Positions 16,591 through 25,912 of a stretch of 39,395 nucleotides of DNA are shown piece by piece (positions within the stretch are counted from its first letter, which is position 1; every line of letters begins with the position of its first letter). The stretch spans positions 1 to 39,395 of the forward strand of contig JBBIGR010000046.1 of NCBI GenBank assembly GCA_037447435.1, given 5' to 3'. The DNA is from Fibrobacteria bacterium. GTDB taxonomy: Bacteria; Fibrobacterota; Chitinivibrionia; Chitinivibrionales; FEN-1185. The notes beneath the pieces were generated by a model that worked only from the letters and a program-made list of their open reading frames with translations, was not told the origin of the DNA and did not search any database. A program made the position numbers and the translations under genes.

Positions 16591-19257
16591 ATGCGGGAAA
16601 ATTCAACGCCTCAGTCTTGCAACGAGAATTCTTATTCGATTCTGGACGAATTGCTGGAAGGTTGCCAGATCATCGGATTTGATTGGCGATACATTTACAT
16701 AAACAATGCCGCAAGCATTCATAACCGTCGCCCCAAAGAACAGCTTTTGGAGAAAACGTATAGTGAAGAATGGCCGGGGATCGAATCCACAGAAGTGTTC
16801 CGCCTTATCAAGGAATCGTTGGAGAAACGCACGTCGCACACGTTGGAAAACGAATTCGTTTTTCCGGACGGGTCGCACGGCTGGTTCGACCTCCGGATTC
16901 AACCGGTTCCCGAAGGCGTTTTTATCATGTCTATAGACATGACTCAGAGGAAAGTCTCTGAAAAGCTCCTGCGCCAGTGGGCCGACGCTTTCGAACATTG
17001 CGCACACGGTATCGTTATCGGCGATCCATTTACCAACCGGGTCATTACCTGTAATTTAGCCTTTGCAAAGGAACAAGGCGCCACCATAGAAGAACTCACC
17101 TCGATGCCGATCGGCGACATGTACGACTCCGACGAACGTCCCCGGGTCACGGCCCTTCTTGCGGAATGCGACCGCGCGGGTACGATACAATTCGAAGCCC
17201 GGAAAGTCCGCAAAGACGGAACTCAGTATCAGGTACAGATGGACATCGTGAGCGTGCGTGACGAAAAAGGAACCTTGCTTTATCGCGTTTCCACGCAGCA
17301 AGACATTTCCAAGCGAAAAAAAGCCGAACGGGCAAACAAGGAGAGCGAAGCTCTTTTTTATGCCACCTTCCATTCGAGTCCCATTCCTTTGAGCATCACA
17401 GACGTTCGTACCGAGAAATGGGTCGAAGTCAACAACGCCTTTTTAGAAGTGACCGGCTATGCCAGAGACGAAGTCATTGGTCATACGTTTCGGGAAATCA
17501 ATTTATGGAAGCACCCCCAGGCACGCGACATAATGCTGAAAGAGCTCACTGTGCACGGACGCGTTAAAAGTCTCGAAGTCGACATCAACAAGAAAAACGG
17601 CAGCATGGGGACAATGCTTGTTTCCGTTGAAAAGGTCGAACTGCTCGGCAAGCCGTATTTGCTTATCATGGGCGATGAAATTACCGAACGCAAACGCGTG
17701 GAAAACGCATTGCGTGAAAGCGAAGGCAGGCTTTCGGTTATTTTCCACAAGAGCCCGGTAGGAATCGTCATGACCCGCTTTTCCGATGGAACAATCGTTG
17801 ATGTCAACGATGCATTCGCACGACTTTACGGATATACGCGTGAAGAACTCATCGGACATTCGTCCGTGGAATTACAACTTTGGATAGACGCCGAGGCCCG
17901 CGGGGAAATGATCGAACAACTGAATAAGAACGGCACCTGCAGGGACCTGGAATTGAAAGGAAAGCGCAAATCCGGAGAAATCCGCGATATCCTGATCTTT
18001 GCCGAGCTCATCGAATTGTCCGGCGAGAAATTCACCCTCGGTCTCGGACAGGATATTACCGACAAAAAATTGTCGGAAGAGAATCTTCGGCGCGTCGAAA
18101 AACGATTGCGGCAGTCGGAAAAAATGGAGGCCATCGGTCAACTTGCAGGCGGTATTGCCCATGATTTCAACAATGTGCTTGGCGGCATCATCGGCTATGC
18201 CGACATTTCCTTGGAATTTGCCGAAAAAGATTCGCCAATCGAAAAAAACCTCATCAAACTGTTAAAAGCCGCCGATCGGGCAAAAAACCTCACCAGAAAA
18301 ATATTGAAATTCAGCAGGCAAAGTGATCCGCAAAGGCAAACGACATTCATCGGACCGATCATTAACGAGGCGCTAGAATTGCTCCGGGCCTCGATTCCAT
18401 CATCGATTGCAATGGAGTCTTATATCGCATCGGACGCAAAAGCCGTATTGGCCGATCCGACCGAGATTCACGAAATGGTTTTCAATATCGCTACCAACGC
18501 CGTGTATGCCATGAAGAACAAAGGAACGCTGAGGGTGCGTCTTGCCACGGAAACCGTGGTCCATCCTCTTCAGGGACGTATCGGAGAGGTTGCTCCCGGA
18601 GAATACACCGTTATTGACATTTCGGATACGGGCACCGGTATGGACCCCAAAACACTGGCAAAGGCGTTCGAGCCTTTTTATACGACCAAACCCGTCGGCG
18701 AAGGCACCGGCATGGGCTTAAGCGTTGTGCTTGGAATCGTACAGTCGCAGGGCGGCGATATCATTGTGGAAAGCGCATTGGGAAAAGGCAGCACATTCAA
18801 AGTCTATCTTCCGGTAACCGGCAACGACGAGGACGACGCTCAAACTGCAGAAAGCTTCGCGCCGAACGGAGGTTCGGAGCGCATCCTTTTCGTCGACGAT
18901 GAGGTAATGCTTGTCGAGATCGCCGAAAAGGCGTTACGTAAACTTGGCTTTTCGGTTGCTGCCTTATCCAACAGCAGCGAGGCGCTTAGCTACCTGCGCG
19001 AACACGGGCAGTCCGTCGATATGCTCATTACGGACCAGACAATGCCCGGTTTAACCGGCGTCGAATTGGCGAAAGAAGCTCTTAAAATCAAACCCGATCT
19101 ACCCGTAATCCTTTGCAGCGGCTTCAGCAATGAAATAAACGACCACGCAAAGCACAGCGGTATTAGCCGTATCGTCAATAAACCTCTCCGGTATCGCGAA
19201 TTAGGGAAAACCATACGCGACGTACTTGACGGACACGAAATACGCAAAAGTATATGA
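16591..19257 (+). CDS. cytoplasmic hybrid sensor histidine kinase (four PAS/PAC, HisKA, HATPase, REC)
   Basis: PAC ends DMTQRK/DISKRK/EITERK/DITDKK, GIAHDFNN, FEPFYTTK..GEGTGMGL, ILFVDDE...ITDQTMPG...KP; no TM segment. Confidence 0.95.
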   Translation: MRENSTPQSCNENSYSILDELLEGCQIIGFDWRYIYINNAASIHNRRPKEQLLEKTYSEEWPGIESTEVFRLIKESLEKRTSHTLENEFVFPDGSHGWFDLRIQPVPEGVFIMSIDMTQRKVSEKLLRQWADAFEHCAHGIVIGDPFTNRVITCNLAFAKEQGATIEELTSMPIGDMYDSDERPRVTALLAECDRAGTIQFEARKVRKDGTQYQVQMDIVSVRDEKGTLLYRVSTQQDISKRKKAERANKESEALFYATFHSSPIPLSITDVRTEKWVEVNNAFLEVTGYARDEVIGHTFREINLWKHPQARDIMLKELTVHGRVKSLEVDINKKNGSMGTMLVSVEKVELLGKPYLLIMGDEITERKRVENALRESEGRLSVIFHKSPVGIVMTRFSDGTIVDVNDAFARLYGYTREELIGHSSVELQLWIDAEARGEMIEQLNKNGTCRDLELKGKRKSGEIRDILIFAELIELSGEKFTLGLGQDITDKKLSEENLRRVEKRLRQSEKMEAIGQLAGGIAHDFNNVLGGIIGYADISLEFAEKDSPIEKNLIKLLKAADRAKNLTRKILKFSRQSDPQRQTTFIGPIINEALELLRASIPSSIAMESYIASDAKAVLADPTEIHEMVFNIATNAVYAMKNKGTLRVRLATETVVHPLQGRIGEVAPGEYTVIDISDTGTGMDPKTLAKAFEPFYTTKPVGEGTGMGLSVVLGIVQSQGGDIIVESALGKGSTFKVYLPVTGNDEDDAQTAESFAPNGGSERILFVDDEVMLVEIAEKALRKLGFSVAALSNSSEALSYLREHGQSVDMLITDQTMPGLTGVELAKEALKIKPDLPVILCSGFSNEINDHAKHSGISRIVNKPLRYRELGKTIRDVLDGHEIRKSI

Positions 19258-19270
19258 ACAAAGATAAAGA

Positions 19271-19326
19271 GGCCCTTTAGCCCGGCTCGTGCACTCCGCT
19301 TTGTCCTTACCCCTTCTCCGTAAACG
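19271..19326 (+). repeat. partial copy A of an intergenic palindromic repeat
   Basis: TCGTGCACTCCGCTT and TCTCCGTAAACG are shared with copy C; GGCCCTTTAGC resembles GGCCTTTAGC in copy B. Confidence 0.6.
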
Positions 19327-19478
19327 TTTTTCTTTGTTGACGCGTAATTTTACAAACATTACCTTTATTGCAATATGCGCTTGACTTGTCAGTTGGTCAT
19401 GATGTGTTTTTAGAAAAGGCCCTTATTTCGTTTTTAGGATAAAATCAATTTTCTCGTTACTATTCAACGGAGGTTTGT

Positions 19479-20012
19479 TTGAAAAAGCTATTGCTGCTCG
19501 TCGTAACGTTTGCGAGTGTCTCTTTCGGAATAGAATCACGAACGACATTATCCGGCGGAGTCGCCATTGCCGTCGGCGACGGCAGCCAATCGATGAATCC
19601 GGGACTCACCTTGTGTCTGGAGCCTATTGCCCGCGTGTCAAAATATTTCGGAATCGGCGGTCATTTGGACTATTCTTGGCTAACTGAGCAACGGCCATCC
19701 GGAATGCCGTCATCGATGGAATTCAGTGCAGGGGACCATTTCTGGGATATTTCCGTTGTCCCGAAACTCTATTTACCGGTTTCGGAAAAGGTATTGTTCT
19801 GCTTTGACATTGATCCCGGCTTATATTTCGGCTACGCATACTTGCATTTAAACGGAGGATCGAGTTCCAGTTCGAAACAATTTTTCGGAATGACGTACGG
19901 CGTGTCTTTGAACGCATCGAGTTTCGTATTTGGATTTAAATTCAAGAACACCTTCATTGACAATGATCAAACGAATTGGATCGCTTTCAGCATCGGGTTC
20001 CTCGTGTATTAA
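19479..20012 (+). CDS. small outer-membrane beta-barrel-like protein
   Basis: TTG start with GGAGG RBS, signal peptide, amphipathic strands and an aromatic C-terminus (FSIGFLVY). Confidence 0.75.
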   Translation: MKKLLLLVVTFASVSFGIESRTTLSGGVAIAVGDGSQSMNPGLTLCLEPIARVSKYFGIGGHLDYSWLTEQRPSGMPSSMEFSAGDHFWDISVVPKLYLPVSEKVLFCFDIDPGLYFGYAYLHLNGGSSSSSKQFFGMTYGVSLNASSFVFGFKFKNTFIDNDQTNWIAFSIGFLVY

Positions 20013-20052
20013 CATTCGTCTGCAAAAAATGGCCAGGACATTAAAATTCCAT

Positions 20053-20090
20053 GGCCTTTAGCTGCGCGCTGCGGCACTTCGCCCCCTACG
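20053..20090 (+). repeat. partial copy B of the intergenic repeat
   Basis: CGGCACTTCGCC (20072-20083) is identical to 20857-20868. Confidence 0.5.
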
Positions 20091-20217
20091 CCTACGTTTA
20101 AATCGACGGTATCGTGTGAAGTTTTCGAAATCATTCAAATATTGTACTTGTTTGAATCGAGCGCATAATTTGATTTATTGAAAAGGCTTTAAAATCCTAA
20201 CCCCTCCGGCAACTAGA

Positions 20218-20808
20218 ATGACAAATAATAATTTTGACAAACCATCGATGAGCGGATGCGAGCCGAAAGAAGGCCATTCACCGCTGGTGATGACCATTGG
20301 CCATTCCACACATACAGTTGAGGAATTTATCCGTTTACTTAAGGCGCACAATGCCGGTCGCGTCGTTGACGTACGCACGATTCCGCGTTCCCGGCACAAT
20401 CCGCAATTCAACGGGGATTCTTTACCGCAAGAATTGGAAAAAGAAGGCATAGGGTATTTGCACATGCCCGGGCTTGGAGGCTTGCGTCATGCGAAACCGG
20501 ATTCCGCCAATCGGGGCTGGCGCAACGCGTCTTTTCGCGGTTTTGCCGATTATATGCAAACGCCCGAATTTGCGCAGGGCATTGAGGAATTGATTCGACT
20601 CGCAAAGTGCGAACGAATCGTGCTGATGTGCGCCGAAGCAGTACCATGGCGATGTCATCGTTCGCTGATTGCAGACGCCTTATTGGTTCGCGGGATCCGG
20701 GTTGAGGATATCATGAGCAGGAAGGGGACCAAAATGCATACGCTTACACCGATTGCCAAAGTCGAAGGCATGACGGTAACTTACCCGGATGAAACAACTT
20801 ACCTTTAA
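20218..20808 (+). CDS. DUF488 family protein
   Basis: TIGHST, VDVR..P.SR..PQFN, LGGLR and LMCAEAVPWRCHRSLIAD. Confidence 0.93.
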   Translation: MTNNNFDKPSMSGCEPKEGHSPLVMTIGHSTHTVEEFIRLLKAHNAGRVVDVRTIPRSRHNPQFNGDSLPQELEKEGIGYLHMPGLGGLRHAKPDSANRGWRNASFRGFADYMQTPEFAQGIEELIRLAKCERIVLMCAEAVPWRCHRSLIADALLVRGIRVEDIMSRKGTKMHTLTPIAKVEGMTVTYPDETTYL

Positions 20809-20836
20809 AACACCGAAAAGGACCTTGGGGCCGCCT

Positions 20837-20896
20837 TCGTACACTCCGCTTCGCTTCGGCACTTCGCCATTTCCCCTCTCCGTAAACGGAGAGGGG
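20837..20896 (+). repeat. copy C of the repeat, ending in a REP-like hairpin (may also act as terminator)
   Basis: CCCCTCTCCG-TAAA-CGGAGAGGGG perfect stem at 20873-20896, between convergent genes. Confidence 0.7.
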
Positions 20897-20945
20897 TAGG
20901 ACGAATGCGAAAAGTATCTAAACATGCGGCCGGTTAAGAAATCAC

Positions 20946-23243
20946 TCAGGGATACTGATTGACACGCGACACCATGCTGCTGCCGTTCACCGCTGCGCCG
21001 GTCCCGTTTATCACATGGGTGATTTCATTGCCGATGAGGTGAAGCGTGAGCAAATGGGTCATTTTGATACCCGCACTGCTCGGCGTTTCTATCGCATTAA
21101 AACACTTTATTGTTGAATTGGAAAACACGCAATATACACCGAGACCGTTCGCCTCGTGCGTGGTGACCTTGTCGGAAACTTTATACGAGGGATAGCCGTT
21201 ATTTGCCCCGTTCATCCACGATGCCTGGTCGGTCGGGTCGTAGGGCAATTCGGATTGATACATGTAGGTGCGGCCGCCATTACCGTTCCAAAGCACCTGA
21301 AACTGTTGCGTATGCTCGCAAAGCAAGCCATAGCAAGTCACGTTGTTTCCGTTGACCGTAAGCGCTGTTGCGTTCTTATTGGAGGTCCAGCCGGCGCCGG
21401 TGCCGTGATCTGCGCGCCAGAGCCAGTTATGGTCGAAGATGACGTTGTTGCTGTTGATCGTGACAAAGCAGGTCGCTTGACCATTGATATTCCCGCCGGC
21501 CCTGCAGAAAATATCGTACAGAATCGTCGGGTTTTTCGCATGGTCGACCGTGGTTCCCGAGTCGCCGACCTGCAACAGCACCGGAGAATTCGGCGTGTTT
21601 GCTTCGAAGAGAATGCCGCCGATTCTCGCGCCGTCGATATCCGCAACCTTCATAGCCACGATACCGTTATCGGGAACAAGACTCGGTATACCGATGCCGA
21701 GTACCACGGTGCCGGGACGGGTCACCTGAAGGGTCTGGCTCAAATGATACACGCCTGGAGTGAGAATGAGATTTTTTCCTTGGCTGAGCGCCGCATTGAT
21801 GGTCGTGGCGTTATCGGTCGCCGACTTGGCAATATAGAAGAGATCGATCGGCAGCGACGTGCCTGCCTGATTCCCTTTCGACCAGCTCGTGCCGACCGTA
21901 CTGTCGGTCCGAAGTTCGGGAACGAAAACCGAATACCCGCAATTGCCGTAGACGAGGAACGGCTTCTCCGCGATCACGGGGGTCTTATTGATAAACGTAT
22001 AAGGTTGCGACGGCCAGGTTCCGTTGGTGGGAAGATTGGTGCAGCCCACGAACACCAGGTTCCACGAACCGATGTTATTTCCCCATGAACCCCATTCGCA
22101 GTTGCGCGATATCCATTGCTGCTGTGTAAAGGGATTGCATGCGCCGTCGATCTTGGAATCGGAAATGAAGCCGCCGCTCGCCCAGCAGGTCGAACATCCT
22201 TCGGTGAGGTTCAGATTCCCTTTGATATGCACGCGGCGCACCGGACATGCCTGCGAAGTGGCCCATTTGTCCGACCCGCCGCTCGGTGTCACGGCAACGC
22301 CCGAGAACGCACGCCAGAAATTGCAGGTGGCGTTTCCGCCGCCCAGCGCAGCGTCGGACTGCACGGCACCGGTGATCTGGACACTGTCGGGCGTCATGCC
22401 GAGCCCGATGACTTCGGTATAATAGCCGACCATGATACTCAGGTTATATTGACCGGGTTTGAAAAGGAATGCGTGACGGGCGGTACCGAACTGCGAACCC
22501 GATTGCTGACTATAGATGGAACTGATCTGGCTCTGCATGTTTTGTGTTGACGGATCATAAATGTGGGTATTGGGCCCGAAATCCGGATCCGCTCCCGAGG
22601 CCGCTGCCATGGTAAAGTTAATGGTGCCGGAATAGGAATTGATCTGTTCCTGATGCGAAGCGAAGCACGGTTTGAATCCCTGCAGCCAATCGGCCGACGC
22701 TGTTTTTTCGAGGAATCTTTGCGCTTGCGGCGTATTGGAAATTCCGGAAATGCGGTATCCGCCGTTCATGGAAACGAGTCTATACGTCGCGGAGCCTTCC
22801 TCGGTTTTGACATTCAAGAGATAGGCGTTGTGACCGTATTTGCTTAACAAGAAAGGGACGGTCGTTTTTCCCCGGTTCAATTTGCCGTTATACACGGTCG
22901 TTACCAGGCTTCCAAGCATTGTGTACAGTTTCACCGAAACCGTTGCCGACGATGCTGCATCGAAAACAACGGAATTCTTAAGGAATTGTATGCCGTTTTC
23001 GATTGCCTGGGATCGATTGTTTTTTAATCCAACCCCGACTTGACCGGAGAAAGCATAGGCACCGTTCGCATCCGTCGTATCGGTAAGTCCCGCGGCGACA
23101 AGCTTTACAATGACGCCTTGCACCGGTTGGCCCGAAGAATTGGTCACGGTCCCGTTCAGGGAAATGACTTGAGCCGAAACCGAAGAAATCGCAATAATCG
23201 CCAGAAATAAACATTCGATGAAAAGCCTGCTTAAGCGCTTCAC
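20946..23243 (-). CDS. bacterial GH55-type exo-beta-1,3-glucanase with N-terminal accessory domains
   Basis: PDFGPN..I.DPS, QFG..R.A.LFKPG.Y, AT.NFWR, W.WRADHG, EH.Q and YQSELPYD, as in actinobacterial GH55 laminarinases. GTG start, AAAGGAG RBS, signal peptide. Confidence 0.85.
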   Translation of the reverse strand: MKRLSRLFIECLFLAIIAISSVSAQVISLNGTVTNSSGQPVQGVIVKLVAAGLTDTTDANGAYAFSGQVGVGLKNNRSQAIENGIQFLKNSVVFDAASSATVSVKLYTMLGSLVTTVYNGKLNRGKTTVPFLLSKYGHNAYLLNVKTEEGSATYRLVSMNGGYRISGISNTPQAQRFLEKTASADWLQGFKPCFASHQEQINSYSGTINFTMAAASGADPDFGPNTHIYDPSTQNMQSQISSIYSQQSGSQFGTARHAFLFKPGQYNLSIMVGYYTEVIGLGMTPDSVQITGAVQSDAALGGGNATCNFWRAFSGVAVTPSGGSDKWATSQACPVRRVHIKGNLNLTEGCSTCWASGGFISDSKIDGACNPFTQQQWISRNCEWGSWGNNIGSWNLVFVGCTNLPTNGTWPSQPYTFINKTPVIAEKPFLVYGNCGYSVFVPELRTDSTVGTSWSKGNQAGTSLPIDLFYIAKSATDNATTINAALSQGKNLILTPGVYHLSQTLQVTRPGTVVLGIGIPSLVPDNGIVAMKVADIDGARIGGILFEANTPNSPVLLQVGDSGTTVDHAKNPTILYDIFCRAGGNINGQATCFVTINSNNVIFDHNWLWRADHGTGAGWTSNKNATALTVNGNNVTCYGLLCEHTQQFQVLWNGNGGRTYMYQSELPYDPTDQASWMNGANNGYPSYKVSDKVTTHEANGLGVYCVFSNSTIKCFNAIETPSSAGIKMTHLLTLHLIGNEITHVINGTGAAVNGSSMVSRVNQYP

Positions 23244-23410
23244 TTATGCTCTCCTTTAATAAAGGTGTTCTTTTTTGACTATGCCGCTTCCTTTAATAAC
23301 GGAAATATAAGGATTCCATTTAATTTTTGCACGATCATTTAAAAATATTAATCAATAAGCGTATATAAAAATGTATCAGTAGCCGCATTTTCGTATACAA
23401 TGCGTATGCG

Positions 23411-23443
23411 AAGAAAAGGAGAGGCGGACCTTTGGTCCGCCTC
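23411..23443 (-). terminator. intrinsic terminator after the transglycosylase gene
   Basis: GAGGCGGACC-TTT-GGTCCGCCTC perfect stem, followed by TCCTTTTCTT on the minus strand. Confidence 0.8.
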
Positions 23444-23474
23444 ATTACCACTACGCTATGCCGCTGCCTTTTGC

Positions 23475-25751
23475 CTACGGCATCCGTTTGACTTGTGTCT
23501 GGCTTCCTTTTTTAGATTGCTCGTAGAACAATTGATAAATACCTATGGGGGCGCCGGAATCGAGGGCGATGTCCTGTTCGGTTTTTTCCTCGACAACCGG
23601 TATCCAGAGTTTCACGCCGGGCATAAGCGACGACAGGTCGAGGTCTTTATTATATTTTGCAAACAACCACATCGGGATTTGCTCGTCGTTGATGCAGATA
23701 TTCCAAAGGTTTTCGCCTTTTTTAAGAAAACGCGCGCGCGTGTCCGTGACTTTGTAACGGCTGTAAAAGTCTTCTTCAAGCGCCATATGATATTCCAAAC
23801 GCGCCTTGACGAACTTGGCTAGCAGGTCCTGGTCGGCCGGTATGGTGATTTTCTGGTTGATCCGGATTTCCGCGCGGGAACCGAAATGGTTGAGGTCCCT
23901 GATCCGGTAAATCGGCACGCCGAGCCAATCGGCAAAATGACCTATGGTTTCATCGACCGACACCTTGATTTTTGCTGTATTGCCCACCGGCGACATGGTT
24001 ACTTCCAAATTATAGACCGATACGTCGAAATTCGGTATGACAAGCGGCTTTGAATCGCCGGACAAGACCGGCACGACCACCGCTTTGGCCTGGCTTATTT
24101 CCTTGAGAGAATCGGGCAACGGCTGCGGCGTCGCTTCATGCTTTGGCTGCGGCGGCGTGCGCGATGCGATTGCTTTTTGCGCAGGTTTGGGCGGCGGCAG
24201 CAATTGCGTCGTTTCGACCGGCGCGGGCGGCGGAACCGGGCCCGGCGGGTTTTGCATTTGTTCGACGACCGTCGACTGCTGAGCGGCCTGCTTTTCGGAC
24301 GGCGTAGTGACCGGCTTTTCATGCTTGGTTTCCTGCGGCGTCGCAATGACCACCTGCGCGGGCTGCGACATCGGCTGCGTGTCGACCGCGGCGGCAACCG
24401 CCGGAGCCGGAGGCGTCGCAGATGCCAAGGAGGTCGGCACGCGAAGGACCTGGCCCGCATAAATCGTGTTTCGCCTGTTTATGTTGTTCTCCTGAACCAA
24501 TTGCGCAACGGTAACGCCCAACCGTGCGGCAATTCCCTGCAAATTGTCGCCCTCCTGCACGTTATAATATCCGGACCGTTCGGGCTGTTGACTCTTAAGA
24601 GAATCCGGTATCGCTGCCAATACCTTTTCGGGATTTGCCGCAACCGTATTGTCGGCAGGAATGCGCATGACAAACCCTGCCGGGATCTGCTTTTGTTGCG
24701 AAAAGACCACGGGGCGCAGGCTCAAATTGTATTCCATGAGCGTTTTCTGCGGCACTTTCAAAAACTGCGACAGCACCGACGGCTTCATAAACGATTGCAA
24801 GGGTATGGTTTTGTATTCGCGCTTCTGCATGAAATGCAGATCGCTAAAATAAACCGACGGATTTTTGGCTATGTCGCTTGCAGCCAGAAAACACGCGTAA
24901 AAATTCTTGGACGCAAACTGAAACGAGGGGCTTTCGTATTTTGCAATAACGTCGGCGATGTTTTTCGAACCCGTGACTTCTTCGGCCCGCTTCATGCCGT
25001 TTAATCCGTGATTGTACGCCGTGATGGCAAGCGGCCACGCCTGCAATTCGTCGAAATTCTGCCGCAAAAGCTTTGCGGCCGCAAAGGTCGCGGTGATCGG
25101 GTCGCGCCGTTCGTCCACGAGATAATTGATTTTAAGGAAAAGCTTACCCGTTCCGCGCATGAACTGCCATAACCCCGCGGCGCCGACTTTCGAATACGCC
25201 TCGTAATTGAACGACGATTCCACATGGGGCAAAAACGCGAGGCGATGCGGGATTTTATACTGTGTAAATATGGCCCGTATGGTGTCGAGATACATGGTCG
25301 AGCGCTCGAGCCCCTGCTTGAATCGTTCTTTTTGTCCCAATTGAAAACGGATGCGCTCTTTGGCGCCGTGCAGCGCGTTTGGGGCCGCGTGGTCTTTAAA
25401 CAATTGGGCAATGGTTTTTTCCTCCGCAGTCCACGACGATTCGGGCATGGTTGCGATATGGTCTATGATCGCGCAGGCCTTTCTTTTCTCTCCTTCGACG
25501 CAACGCGAGGTCGCACCCCTGCCGCCCACGTCCAGATCGAATACCCGGTAAATGACGAGCGGATATTCTCTGTCGTGAAGAAGGCCCTGTTTGAGGGAAA
25601 CTTCCGTATATATCTTTTTCCAAAATGCGACATTGTCTTTCAAAATATCGGGCGTCGGGAAAAAAACCGAATCCGCATCCTGCGCAAAAACATTCCCCAG
25701 TGTCGCAAAAAAGAGGACCGTCATCAGCCGTATCAGCATATTTCGTTTCAT
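23475..25751 (-). CDS. MltD-like lytic murein transglycosylase (SLT + LysM, P/Q/A-rich linker)
   Basis: LPHVESSF, S..GAAGLWQFM..TG, DERRDP and AITAYNHG; LysM YNVQEGDNL..IA...GQVLRVP. Confidence 0.92.
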   Translation of the reverse strand: MKRNMLIRLMTVLFFATLGNVFAQDADSVFFPTPDILKDNVAFWKKIYTEVSLKQGLLHDREYPLVIYRVFDLDVGGRGATSRCVEGEKRKACAIIDHIATMPESSWTAEEKTIAQLFKDHAAPNALHGAKERIRFQLGQKERFKQGLERSTMYLDTIRAIFTQYKIPHRLAFLPHVESSFNYEAYSKVGAAGLWQFMRGTGKLFLKINYLVDERRDPITATFAAAKLLRQNFDELQAWPLAITAYNHGLNGMKRAEEVTGSKNIADVIAKYESPSFQFASKNFYACFLAASDIAKNPSVYFSDLHFMQKREYKTIPLQSFMKPSVLSQFLKVPQKTLMEYNLSLRPVVFSQQKQIPAGFVMRIPADNTVAANPEKVLAAIPDSLKSQQPERSGYYNVQEGDNLQGIAARLGVTVAQLVQENNINRRNTIYAGQVLRVPTSLASATPPAPAVAAAVDTQPMSQPAQVVIATPQETKHEKPVTTPSEKQAAQQSTVVEQMQNPPGPVPPPAPVETTQLLPPPKPAQKAIASRTPPQPKHEATPQPLPDSLKEISQAKAVVVPVLSGDSKPLVIPNFDVSVYNLEVTMSPVGNTAKIKVSVDETIGHFADWLGVPIYRIRDLNHFGSRAEIRINQKITIPADQDLLAKFVKARLEYHMALEEDFYSRYKVTDTRARFLKKGENLWNICINDEQIPMWLFAKYNKDLDLSSLMPGVKLWIPVVEEKTEQDIALDSGAPIGIYQLFYEQSKKGSQTQVKRMP

Positions 25752-25776
25752 TCGTTATTCCTTATTGTTATTCCCT

Positions 25777-25816
25777 AAAAAAACAATGCGCCTTTGCGTT
25801 TGGGCCAAAGGCGCAT
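25777..25816 (-). terminator. intrinsic terminator immediately upstream of the transglycosylase gene
   Basis: On the minus strand: ATGCGCCTTTG-N9-CAAAGGCGCAT followed by TGTTTTTTT. Confidence 0.75.
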
Positions 25817-25865
25817 CGAATGTACTGTTCGCTCCCGCACTATTTCCGGATTATTCTTTTAATGC

Positions 25866-25888
25866 GGGCGCATGCAATGCGCCCCTAC
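25866..25888 (-). repeat. GTAG-type REP element
   Basis: Minus strand GTAG-GGGCGCAT-TGC-ATGCGCCC: GTAG tetranucleotide plus a perfect hairpin. Confidence 0.75.
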
Positions 25889-25912
25889 CATTTAATTTTT
25901 AATTTTACAAAT

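Noticed and set aside
19258..20900. CRISPR array
   Set aside because: The repeat blocks are partial, unequal and separated by whole genes, and there are no cas genes.
24040..24430. Tandem DNA repeat in the transglycosylase gene
   Set aside because: Low-complexity P/Q/A/T linker with no discrete repeat unit.
21156..25004. Long opposite-strand ORFs (21156-22088, 24138-25004 and similar ones over purL, TBDR and katG)
   Set aside because: Antisense shadows of GC-rich genes with no RBS or recognisable motifs.
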